Positions 63,931 to 64,000 of a DNA stretch of 64,000 nt are shown here, one piece after another (the stretch's first letter is position 1; the number at the start of each line of letters is the position of its first letter). The position numbers and the translations under genes were made by a program. A model generated the notes under the pieces. The model was not told the origin of the DNA, did no database searches, and saw only the letters and a program-made list of their open reading frames with translations. Origin of the DNA: Candidatus Eiseniibacteriota bacterium (lineage in GTDB: Bacteria > Orphanbacterota > Orphanbacteria > Orphanbacterales > Orphanbacteraceae); assembly GCA_043809585.1 (NCBI GenBank), contig JBDROZ010000013.1, forward strand, positions 3,928 through 67,927, given 5' to 3'.

Positions 63931-64000
63931 GCCGGAGGCCTGTCCTGAGTAGGACCGAAGGTCCGTATCGAAGGGCTCGGGCGGAACCAGTCCCCCACCC

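Noticed and set aside
63596-63998. ORFs of 108-118 aa on both strands in the tRNA-Gly(CCC) downstream region.
   Set aside because: Their apparent internal repeats come from the DNA repeats. The composition is Arg/Pro/Gly-rich with no RBS or motifs. The region is better explained as non-coding repeats, although the window edge prevents certainty.
63972-64000. Terminal ...GTCCCCCACCC, resembling the 3' acceptor end of tmRNA.
   Set aside because: No preceding T-arm (GGTTCGAATCC) or tRNA-like domain, and the sequence is truncated at the window edge.

Overview
High-GC (roughly 70% by eye) bacterial chromosomal segment, almost fully coding. I call 55 CDS (51 on the + strand) and 4 tRNAs. Many genes are joined by 4-nt ATGA/GTGA/TTGA start-stop overlaps, and about 20 use GTG or TTG starts. 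Content is mostly envelope biogenesis of a diderm. (i) 1-6.4 kb: lipid A/Kdo operon lpxA-[Gfo/Idh/MocA]-[ICMT-like methyltransferase]-lpxB-[DUF374]-waaA-lpxK, then nadB. (ii) 8.0-13.0 kb: Memo-like / AMMECR1-like / DUF62 SAM-cleaving enzyme, then bacillithiol genes bshC-bshA. (iii) 13-16 kb: Minf_1886-like / Hsp20 / Lon. (iv) 16-22.5 kb: LPS-core genes (GT9, MsbA-like ABC exporter, GT9, gmhB), a DUF3108 protein and a deoxyhypusine-synthase-like protein. (v) 22.5-28.5 kb: a compositionally mosaic, strand-switched segment with dTDP-rhamnose genes rfbB, rfbA and rfbC, split by an oppositely oriented methyltransferase. (vi) 28.5-52.8 kb: a Wzx/Wzy-type surface-polysaccharide locus. It holds two priming phosphoglycosyltransferases, Wza, a Wzz-like protein plus a degenerate BY-kinase, a flippase, a polymerase, two large paralogous GT-C-like membrane proteins, two polyprenyl-phosphate GT2s, two NPP-type alkaline-phosphatase-superfamily proteins, a Pol-beta-type nucleotidyltransferase, an aminotransferase, a dehydrogenase and two GT4s. 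(vii) tRNA-Gly(GCC)/Cys(GCA)/Leu(UAA) cluster, a GlmU-like LbH protein, a PorV-like outer-membrane protein, lapA-lapB, a TPR-SPOR protein, mutS-mutL-miaA, tRNA-Gly(CCC), and a repeat-rich non-coding tail. Several near-consensus sigma70-type promoters (TTGACN-17/18-TAnnnT) are readable in the few intergenic gaps. I saw no CRISPR array, transposase, integrase, rRNA or recognisable defence system. The leads I rate highest are: the Memo/AMMECR1 pair coupled to a DUF62 SAM hydrolase instead of its usual radical-SAM partner; the GT-C paralog pair flanking wzy; lipid A modification genes embedded in the lpx operon; a G10 tract inside the rfbA promoter spacer; a roughly 390-nt leader with mutually exclusive hairpins ahead of the polysaccharide locus; and an inverted/direct repeat element next to tRNA-Gly(CCC). 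All functional calls rest on motif recognition by eye. No database search was run.
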